Shown piece after piece: positions 16,696 to 34,542 of a DNA stretch of 64,000 nucleotides. The translations under genes and the position numbers were made by a program. Below the pieces are notes generated by a model. That model made no database searches and was not told where the DNA came from. It worked only from the letters and a program-made list of their open reading frames with translations. Source of the stretch: the human T2T-CHM13v2.0 reference genome, Homo sapiens; NCBI RefSeq assembly GCF_009914755.1, contig NC_060937.1; one strand, written 5' to 3'. Every line of letters starts with the position of its first letter. The stretch's first letter is position 1.

Positions 16696-16913
16696 TAGAA
16701 ACAAAGAGTATTTATATGTTAACTGGGAAGTACAATGCATTCTATCTGTGGTTATGATTATGTAGTATATACGTGCATGTGCAAAGAACCTGGGAATTAA
16801 CTCCAAGTCACCAAAATAGCTACTTTAAGGTGGTAAAATCATGGAGTAGCAAAATCTTTCATGGTCTTTATATTATTTTTGTGAAAAAAAGTTATTTAAA
16901 ACAAAAACTTTTA

Positions 16914-17403
<490 letters not shown>

Positions 17404-18360
17404 CTTAAAAAAATCAGCTGCCTTTGCTCTGGACAAAGCCTGGGTGTGGAGCTGCTGCCATGCACCAGACGAGAACTGAGCCTGACAGCCAGTCAGGCCT
17501 CTTACCCTAGGATAATGAAAGCCAAGGAGAAAAAAACACACATATAGTCTGTTGGTAAGGAGGAAAGACAAGACCAAATGGTGTATGAAGTGGTGGAGAT
17601 GCCTATTTTTGCCAGGTACCAAGTCTGGTAGCCTGTGCTCACTGAACGAGCCTTAGGTTCAGAGTGGGTGGGGAGTTTCAGTCCAGGCCGGCCTGCCCGG
17701 AGCGCACCACAGGGCTGCCTTCTCAGGTTCTGGCCTCGGTCCTTTCAGGAAGAGTCTCAGAGCACAGAAACTGCCAATTGCTATCTAGTTGGAGCCTTAT
17801 TTGGGCTTTGGAGGTGCTTCCATTCTTACCACATGACAGTTCACGAGGTGAAACCAACATGATCCACATGCAGACCCAGCTCCACTGCTACCTCACAGTT
17901 GACAGGGGTGCCCCCTGCTCTGCTCAGTCAGGAATGTTCACAAAGTTTCCAGGGTGCACAGAGTGACTGGCAGAGCCAGAGCTCTGGTCCCAGTCTGTGC
18001 ACACCACATCCAGCAAAATGAGCCACTATCGCTGCCGCCTGGAGATTCGAATGCTGTGGCATTTCTCAGCACACAGCCTCATGCTCTTCTCTAATGGGTG
18101 CTTTGGGATATCCCTGTTTCTTTCCCCGTCCTGGGGACCTTTCTGCCCCCTGCGTTAAGTTGGTTGTTCAAGCTCTGGTTAAGGGCTCTGCCACTCAGCA
18201 TGACACAGCCAGCGTGACGGGAGCTGAGTCACAGCCAGCTGATGGGTGGCACAGCCAGAGGGCTCACTCCGGGCCTCTTGCTCAGCTGGTAGATGTCCCT
18301 CATCACGCTGGTTGGCTGCTCATGGAGCCACTTCCAGATTTAACCACCATATAATAATAA

Positions 18361-19490
<1,130 letters not shown>

Positions 19491-19499
19491 ACCTCTTTT

Positions 19500-20345
19500 A
19501 GTTTTGGGGGAGGTTGATAATAGATATAAATAAATAATAAGTAAATGATTCCAGTGATTGTAACTTCCATGCAGAGGCTGAAATAGGTTATGATAGAAAG
19601 TGTCTGGGATGGGGGAGTTCTTTAGCTAGGATGCTCAGAGAGGTTTCTCCAAGGAGATATTACTTTAGCTTATTCAATAAATTCAACAAGTACTTTTTGA
19701 TTGCCTATATATGGCAAACATTTACTGGGTACTGGGCATACGGCAGTGAACATTTATGCCCTTGGAGAGTTTACATAGTAATGAGACCTGGATGATGAGA
19801 TGTTAGTGCTGAGATAGAGGCAACTGGCTAATCTCTGCAAAGAAGAACTTTCCAAAGGAGAAGAAATATCACGTGCAAAGGCCCTGAGATGGGAAAGAAC
19901 AGAGTGCTCAAGGAACATAAGGTTATGACTAGAGCCTAGTGAGGAGAGAAGAGAGTGGAGGGAGGTGTGTGATGGAGGCAGGCAGCAGCCAGATTACAGA
20001 GGCATTTGGCACGGGAAATAACATCTCTTTATTACAATTATCCTGGAAAGCACTGGGTCTGATTTACATTTAAGACAGATCACTTTGGCTTCTCTTTGAG
20101 TAGGGCAAGAGTAAAAAGAGGAAGTCCAGCCAGATCGCATTTGAATCATTTCAGGTGAGAAATAATAGTGATTTAAACTAGAGTTGTAGACATGAGGATG
20201 GTGAGAAGCAGACAGATTTGGTGCATATTTTGATAAATTGTACTGATAGATTGAATAAGGCAAGGAGAGGAATCAAGGATGACAAAGGGTCCCTGAAGCC
20301 CACAGCTGAGCAAATGAGCATTGATGATACTGAATTGTAATATGG
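19500..20345. mobile_element. L2 fragments
   Basis: gtgcaaaggccctgagatggga, ttaagacagatcactttggct, gagaggaatcaaggatgac motifs. Confidence 0.65.
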
Positions 20346-20727
20346 GGCAGCTTCAGGGCCTTCAGACTGCAAGCAGTGGAAGGGGAACCAGCAGCTCTGC
20401 TAGAGGCGAGCTGGGCATTTTGTCTTTTTGTTGTTGCTTTCCACTTCAAGTTCCGTCTTTTCCAATACACTCCTCGTTTTTCTTCCCCTAAGCATTTTTT
20501 ATTTGGGAAGTTTATATTCTGCTTTCAATTATTTAAGCTGTTCTCTTTACAACATTAAGTAACGTGTCTAAATGTTTGTTTCTCAATATATCAAGTTTAA
20601 AATAGAAGTAGAAGCTATAGGCCATCCACTGCAAGAAATGGAGAAATTAGATCTCTTTCCTTTCTCTCCCTCCAGTTTTCAAAGGAAAATAACATTCCTG
20701 CTGTGTAGAGAATGGGAAATCAGGGAG

Positions 20728-21332
20728 ATTGATGGTTGGTTTGGAGTGGCAACTTTACTAGATGAAGGGTACCCAGACAGCTGGGAAAACATTATTTATT
20801 CTCAAGGAGTCAGTAGGCACTGCACCCATCCCTCTTCTGCTGAAAGGGAAATCCAGGTGGTTTGGCACTTGATGAGGATGATTGGGCTGTCCCAGCTGTG
20901 TCTGTGAGGGTGTTTCTGGAGGAAGATGGTGTGGGCCTCAATGTGGGTGGGAACCTTCCAATTGGCTGAAGACCCAGATGGAACACAAAGGCAGAGGAAG
21001 GGCGAATGCTTGCTCTCTCTTCTACAGTAAGGATGCCATTCTTCTCCTGCCCTTGGATATCAGAACTCCAGGTTTTCCAGCCGTTAGACTCCAGGACTCA
21101 CACCAGCAGCCCCCCTAGCACTCTCAGGCCTGTGGCCTCCCTAATTCTGATGCCTTCAGACTCAGACTGAGCCACCCTACCAGCTTCCCTGGGTCTCCAG
21201 CCTGCAGCCAGCCTGGCGTGGGACTTTTCAGCCTCCATAATCAAGCGAGCCCATTCCTTCTAATAAATTCCTTCTCACATATCTCTCTCTATATCTCTTA
21301 CCAGTTCTGTCCCTCTGGAAAACCCTAAAACA
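20728..21332 (+). mobile_element. MLT2-type ERVL LTR with ~100-bp internal insertion
   Basis: gggtacccagacagctgggaaaacattattt ... tgtgtctgtgagggtgtttctgga ... ttctgtccctctggaaaaccct. Confidence 0.75.
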
Positions 21333-21508
21333 GGACCTAATGATACCTAAAGTCACCATCTCCTCTTGTGTTGCAAGGCAGTAAAGACTAATGAAGGACC
21401 ACTGTACCCTATACATGCAGGCTCAGATCTCTCAAAAATGAAGGTTTGAGTAACCCAATGGAGTAAAGGACCCCAATTGTTGAGGTGCTGCCTAAAAACA
21501 AGGAGAAC

Positions 21509-21866
21509 TGGTGTGGTTTGCCTATATCCACACCCAAATCTCATCTTGAATTGTATCTCCCACAATTTCCATGTGTTATGAGAGGGACCCAGTGGCAGGT
21601 AGTTGAATCATGGGGGCTGGTCTTTCCTGTGCAATTCTCGTGGTAGTGAATAAGTCTCATGAGATCTGATGGTTTTCAAAAGGGGAGTTTCCCTGCACAA
21701 GCTCTCTCTGCCTGTTGCTATTGTGTAAGATGCAGCTTGCTCCTCCTTGCGTACCACCATGATTGTGAGGCCTCCCCAGCCATGTGGAGCTGTAAGTCCA
21801 TTAAACCTCTTTTTCTTCCCAGTCTCAGGTATGTCTTTATCAGCAGTGTGAAAACAGACTAATACA
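21509..21866 (+). mobile_element. THE1B-type MaLR solo LTR
   Basis: Complete LTR ending gtgaaaacagactaataca; near-TSD agaac/ggaac. Confidence 0.88.
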
Positions 21867-22225
21867 GGAACCCAGAATGAGTGGTGAAGAAGGAAACTCT
21901 TAAATAGTTTTGTAACCTGTTGCAGAAACAGGGCCTACTGCATCCACCCATATTTCAAATTAATATGTGGGATATTGGTTGGTGGTAATGAACTTTACAG
22001 CTTAATCCACAAGTTGCAGATCATAAAATGAGTTTAAAAGAAGTTAAGGAAGAAAGTATAGCACCCTGAGATACGGGGCCAGACAAACACGAGAGACTGG
22101 TTTGTCTACCTTTACAAAAGGTATGAGTGTCATTTTTGGTTGTATGACCGATTATTGCAGTATATAAAAAGAAAGCATTTTTTTATTTTTCTTTTTTTAA
22201 CTGTAAATGTTAAAAGAAGAGGGTA

Positions 22226-22739
22226 TGTATTAGTTATCTATTGCTGTTAACAAATTATCCCCAAACTTAGAGGTTTGAAACAACAAACAGTATCTTACAA
22301 TTTCTGAAACTCAGGAATCTGGGAGCAGCTTATATAGATGGTTGTGATTCAGTGTTTTTTCTTAGGTTAAAGTCAGGATGTTGGCTGAAGCTGCCATCAT
22401 CTGAAGGCTTGACTAGAGCTGGAGGCTCCTCTTCCGAGATGGTGCCTTCCCATGCTGCTGGCTGGATGCCTCAGTACCCACCCTGCAGACCTCTGCATAA
22501 GGCCCTCTTGGTATCCTCACAACATGGCAGCTGGCTTCCCCCAGAGCAAGCAAGTCAGAGAGAGAACAAGAAGGAAACCTTGATGCCTTTTACATTTTAA
22601 TCTCAGAAGCAATGCACTTTCACTTCCATGATATCCTGATCATTAGAAGCAAGTCACCAAATGCAGCCCAAACTTAAGGGGAGTGGCTCCACCTTTGAAG
22701 GGAGGTGGGTTGATGAGTTGAGGATTCTAAATCCCCACA
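22226..22739 (-). mobile_element. MLT1F-like MaLR LTR
   Basis: tgtattagttatctattgctg...catctgaaggcttgact...catggcagctggcttccccc; TSD gggta/gggca. Confidence 0.8.
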
Positions 22740-23218
22740 GGGCATATGGCCTGGGCAGTCTGGGCACATTTGCATTCTTTTTAACCACTCAGCATCAGAG
22801 CAACATGCCTATCTGAGGGGACACACCCACTGTGGGGAATGCTCCGTCCTTGTTTCTGGCAGCTAGGGCACAGCCCATTACCTAAGCACAGGCTATGCAA
22901 ATAAATCCATGCTTTAGGCATTGAACCTTCAGGGAATGCTTCATAAGTGTGGGGCTGGTTGAGGAAGAACTCATGGCAGTGGTAACAGTAGCTCCACTCA
23001 CACTCCTGGGCATCATCGGGGGCCTGAGGAAATGATGCAGGCATTGGTGCTACCCTCGGCCCAGCCTTTCTTGTCTTCTGCCTATTTTCCCAGCCTTCCT
23101 GACAACACAATGAGCTAACCAATATCCTTCCAATTATTTTCTTTTCTGCCTGTTCGCCAGGGTCCATGAGTGACGGGCAAAGAGAACTTTGTGGAAGGCT
23201 TCCTGTCAGATGCACTGA

Positions 23219-24330
<1,112 letters not shown>

Positions 24331-24471
24331 AGAAAACCTATGCTAATATTTTACATTATTCTTCCAGGTGTTTGAAGTTAGATTTGAATTTAATTTAAAT
24401 GCATCAACAAGTGTTAATGACCCCCAAGGCAGTCCAGATATATCTGGAGTGTGTTAGCTTACTAACAATTC

Positions 24472-24560
24472 TTTTTTTTTTTGAGATGGAGTGAGCTGAG
24501 ATCGCGTCACTGCACTCCAGCCTGGGCAACAGAGCAAGATTCCATCTCAAAAAAAAAAAA
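24472..24560. mobile_element. Fused 3' ends of two oppositely oriented Alus
   Basis: (t)11gagatggagt joined to gagctgagatcgcg...tccatctc(a)12. Confidence 0.85.
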
Positions 24561-24933
24561 GAAAACACTAATGCTCACGGTGGAATAAAAGACTGCCATG
24601 GGCTGCCATGAGGTTATATTACATATTCTATTTTAATTAATACCAAATAAAACTCAATTTGTAGGGAAGAAAAATATATTGTGATTTATATGTATGTTCA
24701 TGTTTACTTGTATGTATTCATACTTCTGTACTTTTAAGTGTTTTCAAAATTATTTGTAATCCTAAAACTAATGACTCATGCAAAAAACAAAAAAAGCATG
24801 TTGATTAGGTCATAGAGGATCAGATTCAATTCTTTGTATAATTACAGATCCACTAGGAAATTTTCCCAAACTGTAAACTGCCTGCAGCAGATGGAAGCTC
24901 TCAATGTCTCTCAAATTATTAAGTAAAATGATC

Positions 24934-25302
24934 TGCGTGAGTCAGGGTTCAACCAGACCAGTGGGAGATATGTATGAGGAGCTTTGTTGGAAGGAATTGG
25001 CTTAGTCTATTGTGGGCCAGGCTGGGCAAGTCTGAAATTTCCAGGCTAGGCCGGCATTTTTGTCACAGGCTGATCTGCCGACCACAAGTAGACTTTCTTC
25101 TTCAAGGGCTGCTTTTTAGGGCCTTTCACCTGTTTGAATCGGGCCCACCCAGATTATCTAGGATCATCTCCCTTACTTAACGTCAACTGCTCTTGGACTT
25201 TAATCATATCTACACAGTATCTTCACAGCAGCCCCTAGATTACTGTGGGATTGAATAACTGGATGGTAGACTCACCAAATTGAATGTCAGAAAACTACTG
25301 CA
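24934..25302 (-). mobile_element. MLT2D/E-type ERVL LTR
   Basis: agtcagggttcaaccaga...gcccacccagattatctaggat..ctcccttacttaa..tcaactg. Confidence 0.7.
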
Positions 25303-25320
25303 CTCTTCCTCAGCTCTTAA

Positions 25321-25685
<365 letters not shown>

Positions 25686-25872
25686 AAGTTCTGTCCTACT
25701 CAGAAGTTACTGTTCCTGCCAAAAGCTTTGACCATAACCTTGTAACTCAGTGTCCCCATAGGAGCACAAGACTTAGAATCCAATACGGACTTGGTTATGA
25801 GGAGAGAGAGTACATCCAGAAAAACCCTGCAAAGCTGTGGATTAACAAGGGAATGTAGAAATAATCCTCTAA

Positions 25873-26175
25873 GGCCGGGTGCAGTGGCTCATGCCTGTAA
25901 TCCCAGCACTTTGGGAGGCCGAGGCGAGTGGATCGCTTGAGGTCAGGAGATTGAGACCATCCTGGCCAACATGGCAAAACCCCATCTCTACTAAAAATAC
26001 AAAAATTAGCCAGGCGCAGTGGTGGGTGCCTGTAATCCCAGCTACTCAGGAGGCTGAGGCGGGAGAATTGCTTGAATCCGGTGGAGGTTACAGTGAGCTG
26101 AGATCGTGCCATTGCACTCCAGCCTGGGCGACAGAGCGAGACTCCATCTCAAAAAAAAAAAAAAAAGAAAAAAGA
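25873..26175 (+). mobile_element. AluS
   Basis: Full Alu; near-TSD agaaataatcctc / agaaagaatcctc. Confidence 0.9.
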
Positions 26176-27754
26176 AAGAATCCTCAGATTCTCTTCATCT
26201 GCCCACTCACTGCAGTCAGTTTTTCAACTAAAGAATGAAAAGATTCTTTTGCATCCCTTTCCTCTTCTCCCAGGAAGGATGGCTTTGTGTAACTGACAAC
26301 TGAGGTCCATGGACAACAATGTACTTGTTTTGCAAGTCTAAAAACAAAGAGTTGTTCCCCAGGGGGAAGGGGGCAAACTGAATCACTCTACCAGAGTTTT
26401 CTGTGTAAAATTTAAACAAAAGGTTGCAAGTTGGCAGCAATTAGCATGGAGGCAAGAGCAAACACACAAAAGAAGGTTGGGAAGAAAGATGGGGAGAGCC
26501 GGAGAGGAAATGGCATCACCAAATGGCCAAATTGTGTCGTTTGAACAGTCAAACTAAAGCCAACCACTGCTGGCCCCTGGACCTACACTTCTGTAAGAGG
26601 AACACTGAGATTTCACTGGGGGAAAGCCAATTTTCATAGTTTTTCTATTAAGAATAAGAAATGTGGCCGGTCAGACAAAAGCAATACCTGCTGCAATGTC
26701 TGTCCTGCCTCCCTCAGCGGACTGCTATATGAATTAAATGTGGTAATGGACACCTATAAGCAAGTTTCTAAAAGAAGGAGTTTTAAGGTAGTGGCCAGCA
26801 CAGTGCCTTGCACAGGAAAGCTGTATGGGAAACGTATGCTTAATTGTACTTAATTATTAATACACCACAACATGCATTAAGCAAATGGTTTATTGAGGAA
26901 TTTTTGTCTTTTCCTCACATAAGAGCAAATAAATATTTGAAATATTTGGTTTTTTATTCATGAAAACTGATACATTTGATTTTTTTTCATAAAAACACTA
27001 TTGTTTGAAAATTCACCGTTTTCATTTAAATATGTATTTCCACTTACGGAAAGATTTTAAACAATGAGTTAAGCAAGTTATAGCTATATTTGTAGCACTA
27101 TGCTAGTCCATCAAACTTGAAAAATGCAGAAGTTACTTTGAACAATTAACTTGCTGGCTCACTTTGCTTAAACAAGGAGGAAACTGTGGATCTATAAAAC
27201 TGGAAAAAATTATGTTATGCCCCAAGTGAACTTTTCAAGGTCATCAAAGACCATCTCTCTGCTTCAGGGCAGCGTAAATTGAAACCACCCATGAGAGATG
27301 AGTGTCAGCCTCGCCTGTCATGCCACCTGCTCCTCATTAATCAGAAATGACATCTGGAGGCAAACGTGCCCTCTCAAATTCTGGAAGGCATTCTGGTGCA
27401 TGATGACAGCATTTTTCCTTTGATCACGAAAGAGAATTGTACTTATTCAAGTTTTGCAAGAGCGGATTATGACTTCATGTGAACTATGGAAAACTGCCTC
27501 CTATTCTCTTTTATACCATTAAATAAGCCTTACTTGTTTGTAAAGAATTGTTTGCCATAATAACTGAACTATTACACTTTATCACTTTTAGAAAGATTAA
27601 CATTAATCTGGAGGCAGCTGTCACAGTGATTAAGCAGAGAGACAATTCCTTGATTGAATGCCCAGCTTCATCCCTTAGCTGGGTGACCTTGTGCAAATTA
27701 ACTACACTCTCTGTGTCAGGATTCTCTCATCTGTCAAGGGGAGTGTATTAATCG

Positions 27755-28273
27755 TGTTTTTTGTTATTTTCTGTATTTTATAATGCTTTGACACGTTGGG
27801 GGCCTTGCTGGCCAGGGAGAGACCGCCCCTCCCATGGCTAATTCCTAGAGAAAGCTAACAACTTGCCCCTGTGCATGCCTTTCATATGCAAACCAATTAA
27901 TCCAAAGTCCATGTCTCCAACCACCTCCTTTATCACATTTGCACACACCAAGCCAGTATTTCTTCTATCCTAAATCACCCCAGGACCAGGCCCCAGACAC
28001 CTAGAGACCTCCCCCACAGCCCCAAGCACCCAGAAATCATTCAAAGCATGCAATCCCAAATGTGCTCCAACTTGCCTCCCCTGCCTCACCTATTCCTTCC
28101 CACAAAAACTTCAAGGGCTCTGGGCATGTTTTCTTCTTCCCTCCTGCTGAACCCTAGCACTTCCCGGGTGGCCCTGCACAGCTTGGCAACTGTCAGTCAT
28201 GAAACCCCTTTCAATGGCATTGGCCTCTCGTATGGATCACTCAGTCCCCTTCATAAATTAAATTCTGGGTGCA
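27755..28273 (+). mobile_element. MER74-type ERVL LTR
   Basis: aatgctttgaca..ggggccttgctg..cctcccatggctaattcctagag..cctttcatatgcaaacc. Confidence 0.75.
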
Positions 28274-28633
28274 GGTGAAATGGGGATGTATTGATGGTTC
28301 CCACCTCCCGGTCTGGGATGAGGATAAAGCAGTTTCATGCCTATGAAGCTTGCAGAACAGCCCCACGTGGCTCCCCTCCAGGGTCTAGAATAAGCCCTCT
28401 CTGCACTGCACTGGCCTAGGCCCTTCTCATCTGTCACCTGACAGCCTCCCTGACTCCCTATTTTGCCAGTTCTGTCCTCCTTAGAATACTCATTTTCCTT
28501 CTTTCTGATTTGCACACTCCTCCCTCCCAAGAGTCTGTCACTGGTTGACCATGACCAAGACCATCGATTTCTCCCAGAGGTCCTGAGCCTCGCCCATGCA
28601 CCCATCTCCTCCTTGCTGTGCACTCACACCTGA

Positions 28634-29597
<964 letters not shown>

Positions 29598-30704
29598 CCA
29601 ACAACACACCCTTAATAACACTTACTACAAAAACTCCTGCAACAGCAGCATTCACCAGATGCTCAAGCCGTCCTTTCATATGTCAGGAGCTGTACCAGGC
29701 CTTAGGTTTACTGAGAAAAGAGGAGCATTGTTGCACCCAAGGAAGTACAGTCCAGTGAGGGAGACAGGCATGTAAGTGACCCTCTACGCTGATAAGGAAA
29801 TGGTAGAGGGGCCCTTGGGTTCATTGGGCGTGTAGGTGGGCACCTAGTCCTGGGTGAGAACCTTCCCCAGGAAAGTTTGCCTGCTAATAGATCTACAGAC
29901 TCTTCAGGGATGGACAGAGCATTTTTCTTATCACTCATATTAAGTCCCAACCCTGTGCATGTCCAACGTGCTCTGACCCTAAGCATCTCCCCAGCCTCTC
30001 CTCTAAGCACACCCTTTGCTCTCCCACCCAGGAATGCCCCTGTGGGCTCTCTCGGGTTCTCGAGTTCCTTCTCTCACACTTACCCTCTTCATGACTCTCC
30101 TTTTCACTCTCACCTGCAGGCTTTCGCCAGTGTCGCTGCCTCTGGCCCACATGGGCCCCTGGCCCTCCCACTGAAACAAATTGGTCTCTGGAGACTCTTG
30201 GTCTCCATCTGCACCAAGATCATGCCGGCGCCCTCTCTCAGGCTTCCTTAGCATCCCCACTGACCCGTGTTCTCCACCTCCACCACAACAGTGACAGTGC
30301 CATGGCTTCAGGGAATATGACACCAATGCCCAGGAGTGGTTCATTTCAGGTGCCTGACAAATAGGGATAAATGTAGCTTTTTGATTAGTAATATCACAAT
30401 TCTGTGTTTCCACTTAAACAATAGTACAAACAGAATGACAAAGTCCCTTGTACTCCGTAATTCTTTATCTATCTAAGGTGCAATTTGCCAGGGATTTAGG
30501 TTTATTCACCATCTGAAAATCAGAAAACTATTACAGGCTAAACCTTCCCAAGTCCCCAAGCACAGCAGGATTTCTGCAGGAGTCAACTTTGGTGTATTCA
30601 AGAGGACATCAGGTGTTTTTATGTCTCTAAAAATCACTGTACCATGCTTGGTATAGCATACGTACAACATATTTTGACATTAACCAAACTTTTTGTATGG
30701 TAGC

Positions 30705-31262
30705 TGTATTAGTCAGACTTTTCCAGAGAAACAGAATCAATGGGAGATAGGTAGATAGAAATATAGACAGATTTATTATGGGAATCGGCTCATGTAACTA
30801 TGGAGGCTGAGAAGTTCCCCCATCTACCATCTGCAAGCTGGAGACCAGGAAAGCCGGTGGTGTGATCAGTCCATGTCCAAAGGTCTGGCAAACAGGGGAG
30901 CTGACAGTGGAATTCTCAGGTCAAAGCCAAAGGTAGGAGAACCTGGGGGCTGCTGGCATCAGTCCTGGAATCCAAAGGCCTGAGAACCAGAAGACCTACC
31001 ATCCGAGGGGAGGAGACAGATGTCTGCACTCAAACAGAAAGAGAATTCGCCCTTCCTCAGCCTTATTATTCTACCTGGGCCCTCCATGAATGGGATGATG
31101 CCCACCCGTGTTGGTGGGGGTGGATCTTCTTTACTCAGTCTGCTGGTTCCCATGCTAATCTCTCCAGAAGCGCCCTCGCAGACACACCCAGAGATGATGC
31201 TCTTCCAGCTACCTGGGCATCCCTTAGCCCCGTCAAATTGACACTTGAAATTAACTACCACA
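30705..31262 (-). mobile_element. MLT2B/C-type ERVL solo LTR
   Basis: tgtattagtcagacttttccagagaaacag...gggcatcccttagccccgtcaaattgacac..aaattaactaccaca; TSD gtagc/gcagc. Confidence 0.85.
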
Positions 31263-32538
31263 GCAGCAACAACAATAATGAAGCAAAACTGAGTGCGGTG
31301 AGTCAGTCTACGCGTGAGCACATGTATACATAGGGACCATGAGCACCCTAAATTTGGCCAGGCTCAGGACTCCTCATTTGTCCCCCTCTCTCTGGCTTAT
31401 TCGAGACAAGGAAGGACTTCCTTCTCCCCAGGCCTGTCCTAACCTAGCTGAACACCCTGCAGCAATCAAGAAAAAAGAATGCCTCCAAATTGAACAGCAA
31501 GTGGCAATTAATACAAACATCCCCACGTTTCCCCAAGTTAGTGATTCCCCCTCACTGATGGGCTAGAACCTGCTCCTGACATCATGGTGGGGAGTCACCA
31601 AGGTCACCACCATCATCAAGTGCCAGAGCCCAGAGAAGTGGGGAGCACTGCACCCGACGAGGCATGGCTCCAGAGCTGACAGCCTGGGTTTGATTCTAGT
31701 CTCTGACACTCCCAGCTGTGTGAACTGGGACATGTTAACTAGCTTAGTGGGTTCTGATTCTTTATCTGAAGATGTTTGGTAATGAGGAAACTTTCTTTGT
31801 AAGATTTATTTAGGTGGGCCAATGATGATCAAGTACTGAGAAGAGTGCCTAGCACCCGGTGAAACTCATCACACAGCTATGATTATGAGCACCACCATTA
31901 CTCAATTAGCAAGTTCTCTTTGTTTCAAGGAAACTAACCCAAACTGGTGTAGGCAAAATGGGAAAAAAACTGGTGTCAGGAATTACTAAAAGCAGAGCTC
32001 AAAATGCCACAAAATTCCCTTTGTCTTTTATCTCTATCTTTCTTTTTGGCCAGTTTCATTCTCTTTGCTGGAGGCATTGAGTGACAGAGGCTCCCAGGCT
32101 GAGAAGGACAACCAAGAAACTCTTGTATTAGCCCCGGTTAGCTCGGGTGCCAGTTCTGTCCAATTACCATAAGAAGGTCATGGGCTTTGAGGAAGGTAGG
32201 AGCTCCTGCTCAAACCTGAAATAAAGGAGCTCCTGGAGATGGGGGGCACTCTTGCAAGTGAATAGAAGAGTTGTCAGTTGCCGCTTCACTGTCATCTTCT
32301 ACTAAAGCGTTTTTATAGAATGCAACCTCTCACCTTAAGGCACACTCTTCATTGGTTCATCCTTTCATTTGTTCATGTAACAAATATTTAATTTCATGAC
32401 CACTAGGTGCCAGCCATGGTGCTTCCGGGTGGAATGAGAGAGAAGAAAAAGACATAGCCACTCAAGAGTCTGAATTTTCTTTTTTCCATATAGCCAACTA
32501 TCAGCTAAAACAAATCCACTTATTAACAAAAAAGAATA

Positions 32539-32827
32539 TTTTTTTTTGAGACAGAGTCTTGCTCTGTCACCCAGGCTATAGTGCAGTGGTACTCGGCTTA
32601 CTGCAACCTCTGTCTCCCGGGTTCAAGTGATTCTCCTGCCTCAGCCTCCCTAGCAGCTGGTATTACAGGTGTGCCACCACACCTGGCTAATTTTGTATTT
32701 TTAGTAGAGATGGGATTTTGCCATTTTGGCCAGACTAGTCTCAGAACTCCTGACCTCAAGCGATCTGCCCGCCTCTGCCTCCTAAAGTGCTGACATTACA
32801 GGCATGAGCCAACATGCACAGCCCTGC
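32539..32827 (-). mobile_element. AluS
   Basis: Antisense Alu body with short poly(T). Confidence 0.88.
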
Positions 32828-32845
32828 CAAAAAAATGTTTACATC

Positions 32846-33604
32846 TGTAATTGCCCAACCAGGTTCTCCTTGCCCACTGTCCAGAAAATCCAATGCACTG
32901 AGAGCAATAGGTGTTGCAGCAAAAAAAAAAAAAAAGAGTTTAATAATGGCAGGACCAGCCAAGTGAGGAGGATGGAAGATAATTCTCAAATCCATCTTAG
33001 GGCTTTTAAGGGTACTTTGGCAGGTAGGAGGTCTAAGGAATGGGGAATGGGGAACGATGATTGGTCGGGTTGGGGATGAAATCACAGGGTGTCAGAACTG
33101 TCTTCATGCAGCTGAGTCAGTTCCTGGAAGGGGGTCTCAGGACCAGGTGGTATCTCTTGGTCTGCCAAAATGCTAAATCTGAATAATACCTTAAAGACCA
33201 GTTCTTTGAGTTCCACAATAGTGATATCATCTCTAGGAGTAGTTGTGGAAGTTAAAATATCTTGCAGCCTCAAGGTACGTGACTTCGGGGCAGTAGGCAC
33301 CATAGAAAAGCAAGCGAGGCAGTGGCAGGTCATTACTGAACTGTGCCTATTCTTTAGCAGAGTTCAGGCTTCCACCATAATTCTAACCTTGTCTGATGAA
33401 TGCAGCAGCTTCATTGTGCAAGAAAGAGGATCAGTTTTCCTTGCCTCAAAGTGTAACTATAAGCTAAATTCCTCTCACAGTTATCTTGGCCTCTGCACTA
33501 TAATAAGAAAAAAAGAAAAAAAATATTAGCCTGTGAAGCTGGGAGCAAGATGGAGTCAGCCATTTTAGATTTCACTCATTATTAATTCTGCAAAGGCATA
33601 TTCA
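32846..33604 (-). mobile_element. LTR8-family ERV1 solo LTR
   Basis: tgtaattgcccaac..ggttctccttgcccactg...taactataagctaaattcct...gcaagatggagtcag...tgcaaaggcatattca. Confidence 0.75.
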
Positions 33605-34542
33605 TGCCCAAAAATTGACGCTGGGGCTTCCTCTCTCTGAAACCATAAAGATATCTGTTGCTGCTTTGTGGGGGCCACTTTGTCAAGGAGATGGTGACTT
33701 CTGAAGGTCCAGCAGCAGCTGCGTCAGGTCAGAGGGTGACATAACTCAGTGAAGCCTTCTGCAAATGACATCCAGCAAGTGTTGGCATAACCTCACATTG
33801 AATGAGCATTTGCAGTGTGGAGGACAGCGACCCATCAAGACGTGGAGCCCAACTCCATGACACACAAACAGCTGAAGAGTTACACGGAGCTCCGCAGAGA
33901 AGCTGTATGAGAGGCTAGGCCAGGAAAGTGGGGGCAAGGCCAGCCCCAGCCTCCCTGCCACATGCCTGCCCTGCCTTCAGCCCAGGGCTACTTCCTGCCC
34001 CTGCCTCAGCCTTCTCCACACTCCTTATTCCTTTAGGAAAAGGTTCCTGAGATTTCCCCGCCACCAGTGCCACACCTCGCACTGAGTTCTAGGAATAGAA
34101 AGAGGAGTGCAAGGTGTCATGAGAAAGGGAAGCTCACAAAATGACTTGGTGATTGTGGCCTGACGCACCTGCCAAGTGCTGGGAGAACAGAGAGGGGAAA
34201 ACGGCTCTGCCTGTGGAGATGGACTCGACACCTCATAGGAAGAGACATTCATGGAGCTCATATTCTTAGACCTGGGGTTCTCTCATCCCCTTATCTGATC
34301 CTTTTAATCACTCATGAGCATCTACAACTGCCTATCAGGATGCTATATCACCTAATGACATTTTGTGTGTGATACCCAAATCAGTTAAGGACACCCCTTC
34401 CGTGATCTGATAGAACAGAAGAACAGACACTGAGAAGGCCTCAGGGAGGAGGCATTGGGGCTGTGTTTCTCCTCACACCAATACTTTAGTGCCTGTGTCT
34501 TCCTGCTTTCTACTAGCTATCCAGGGTCCCACTGTGGTGGGC

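Noticed and set aside
21335-23200. Possible ancient ERVL internal sequence and LTR33/LTR16-like LTR around THE1B and MLT1F
   Set aside because: Resemblance is suggestive but too degraded to name or bound by eye.
24433-24448. 16-bp palindrome tccagatatatctgga
   Set aside because: About one such palindrome is expected by chance in 64 kb.
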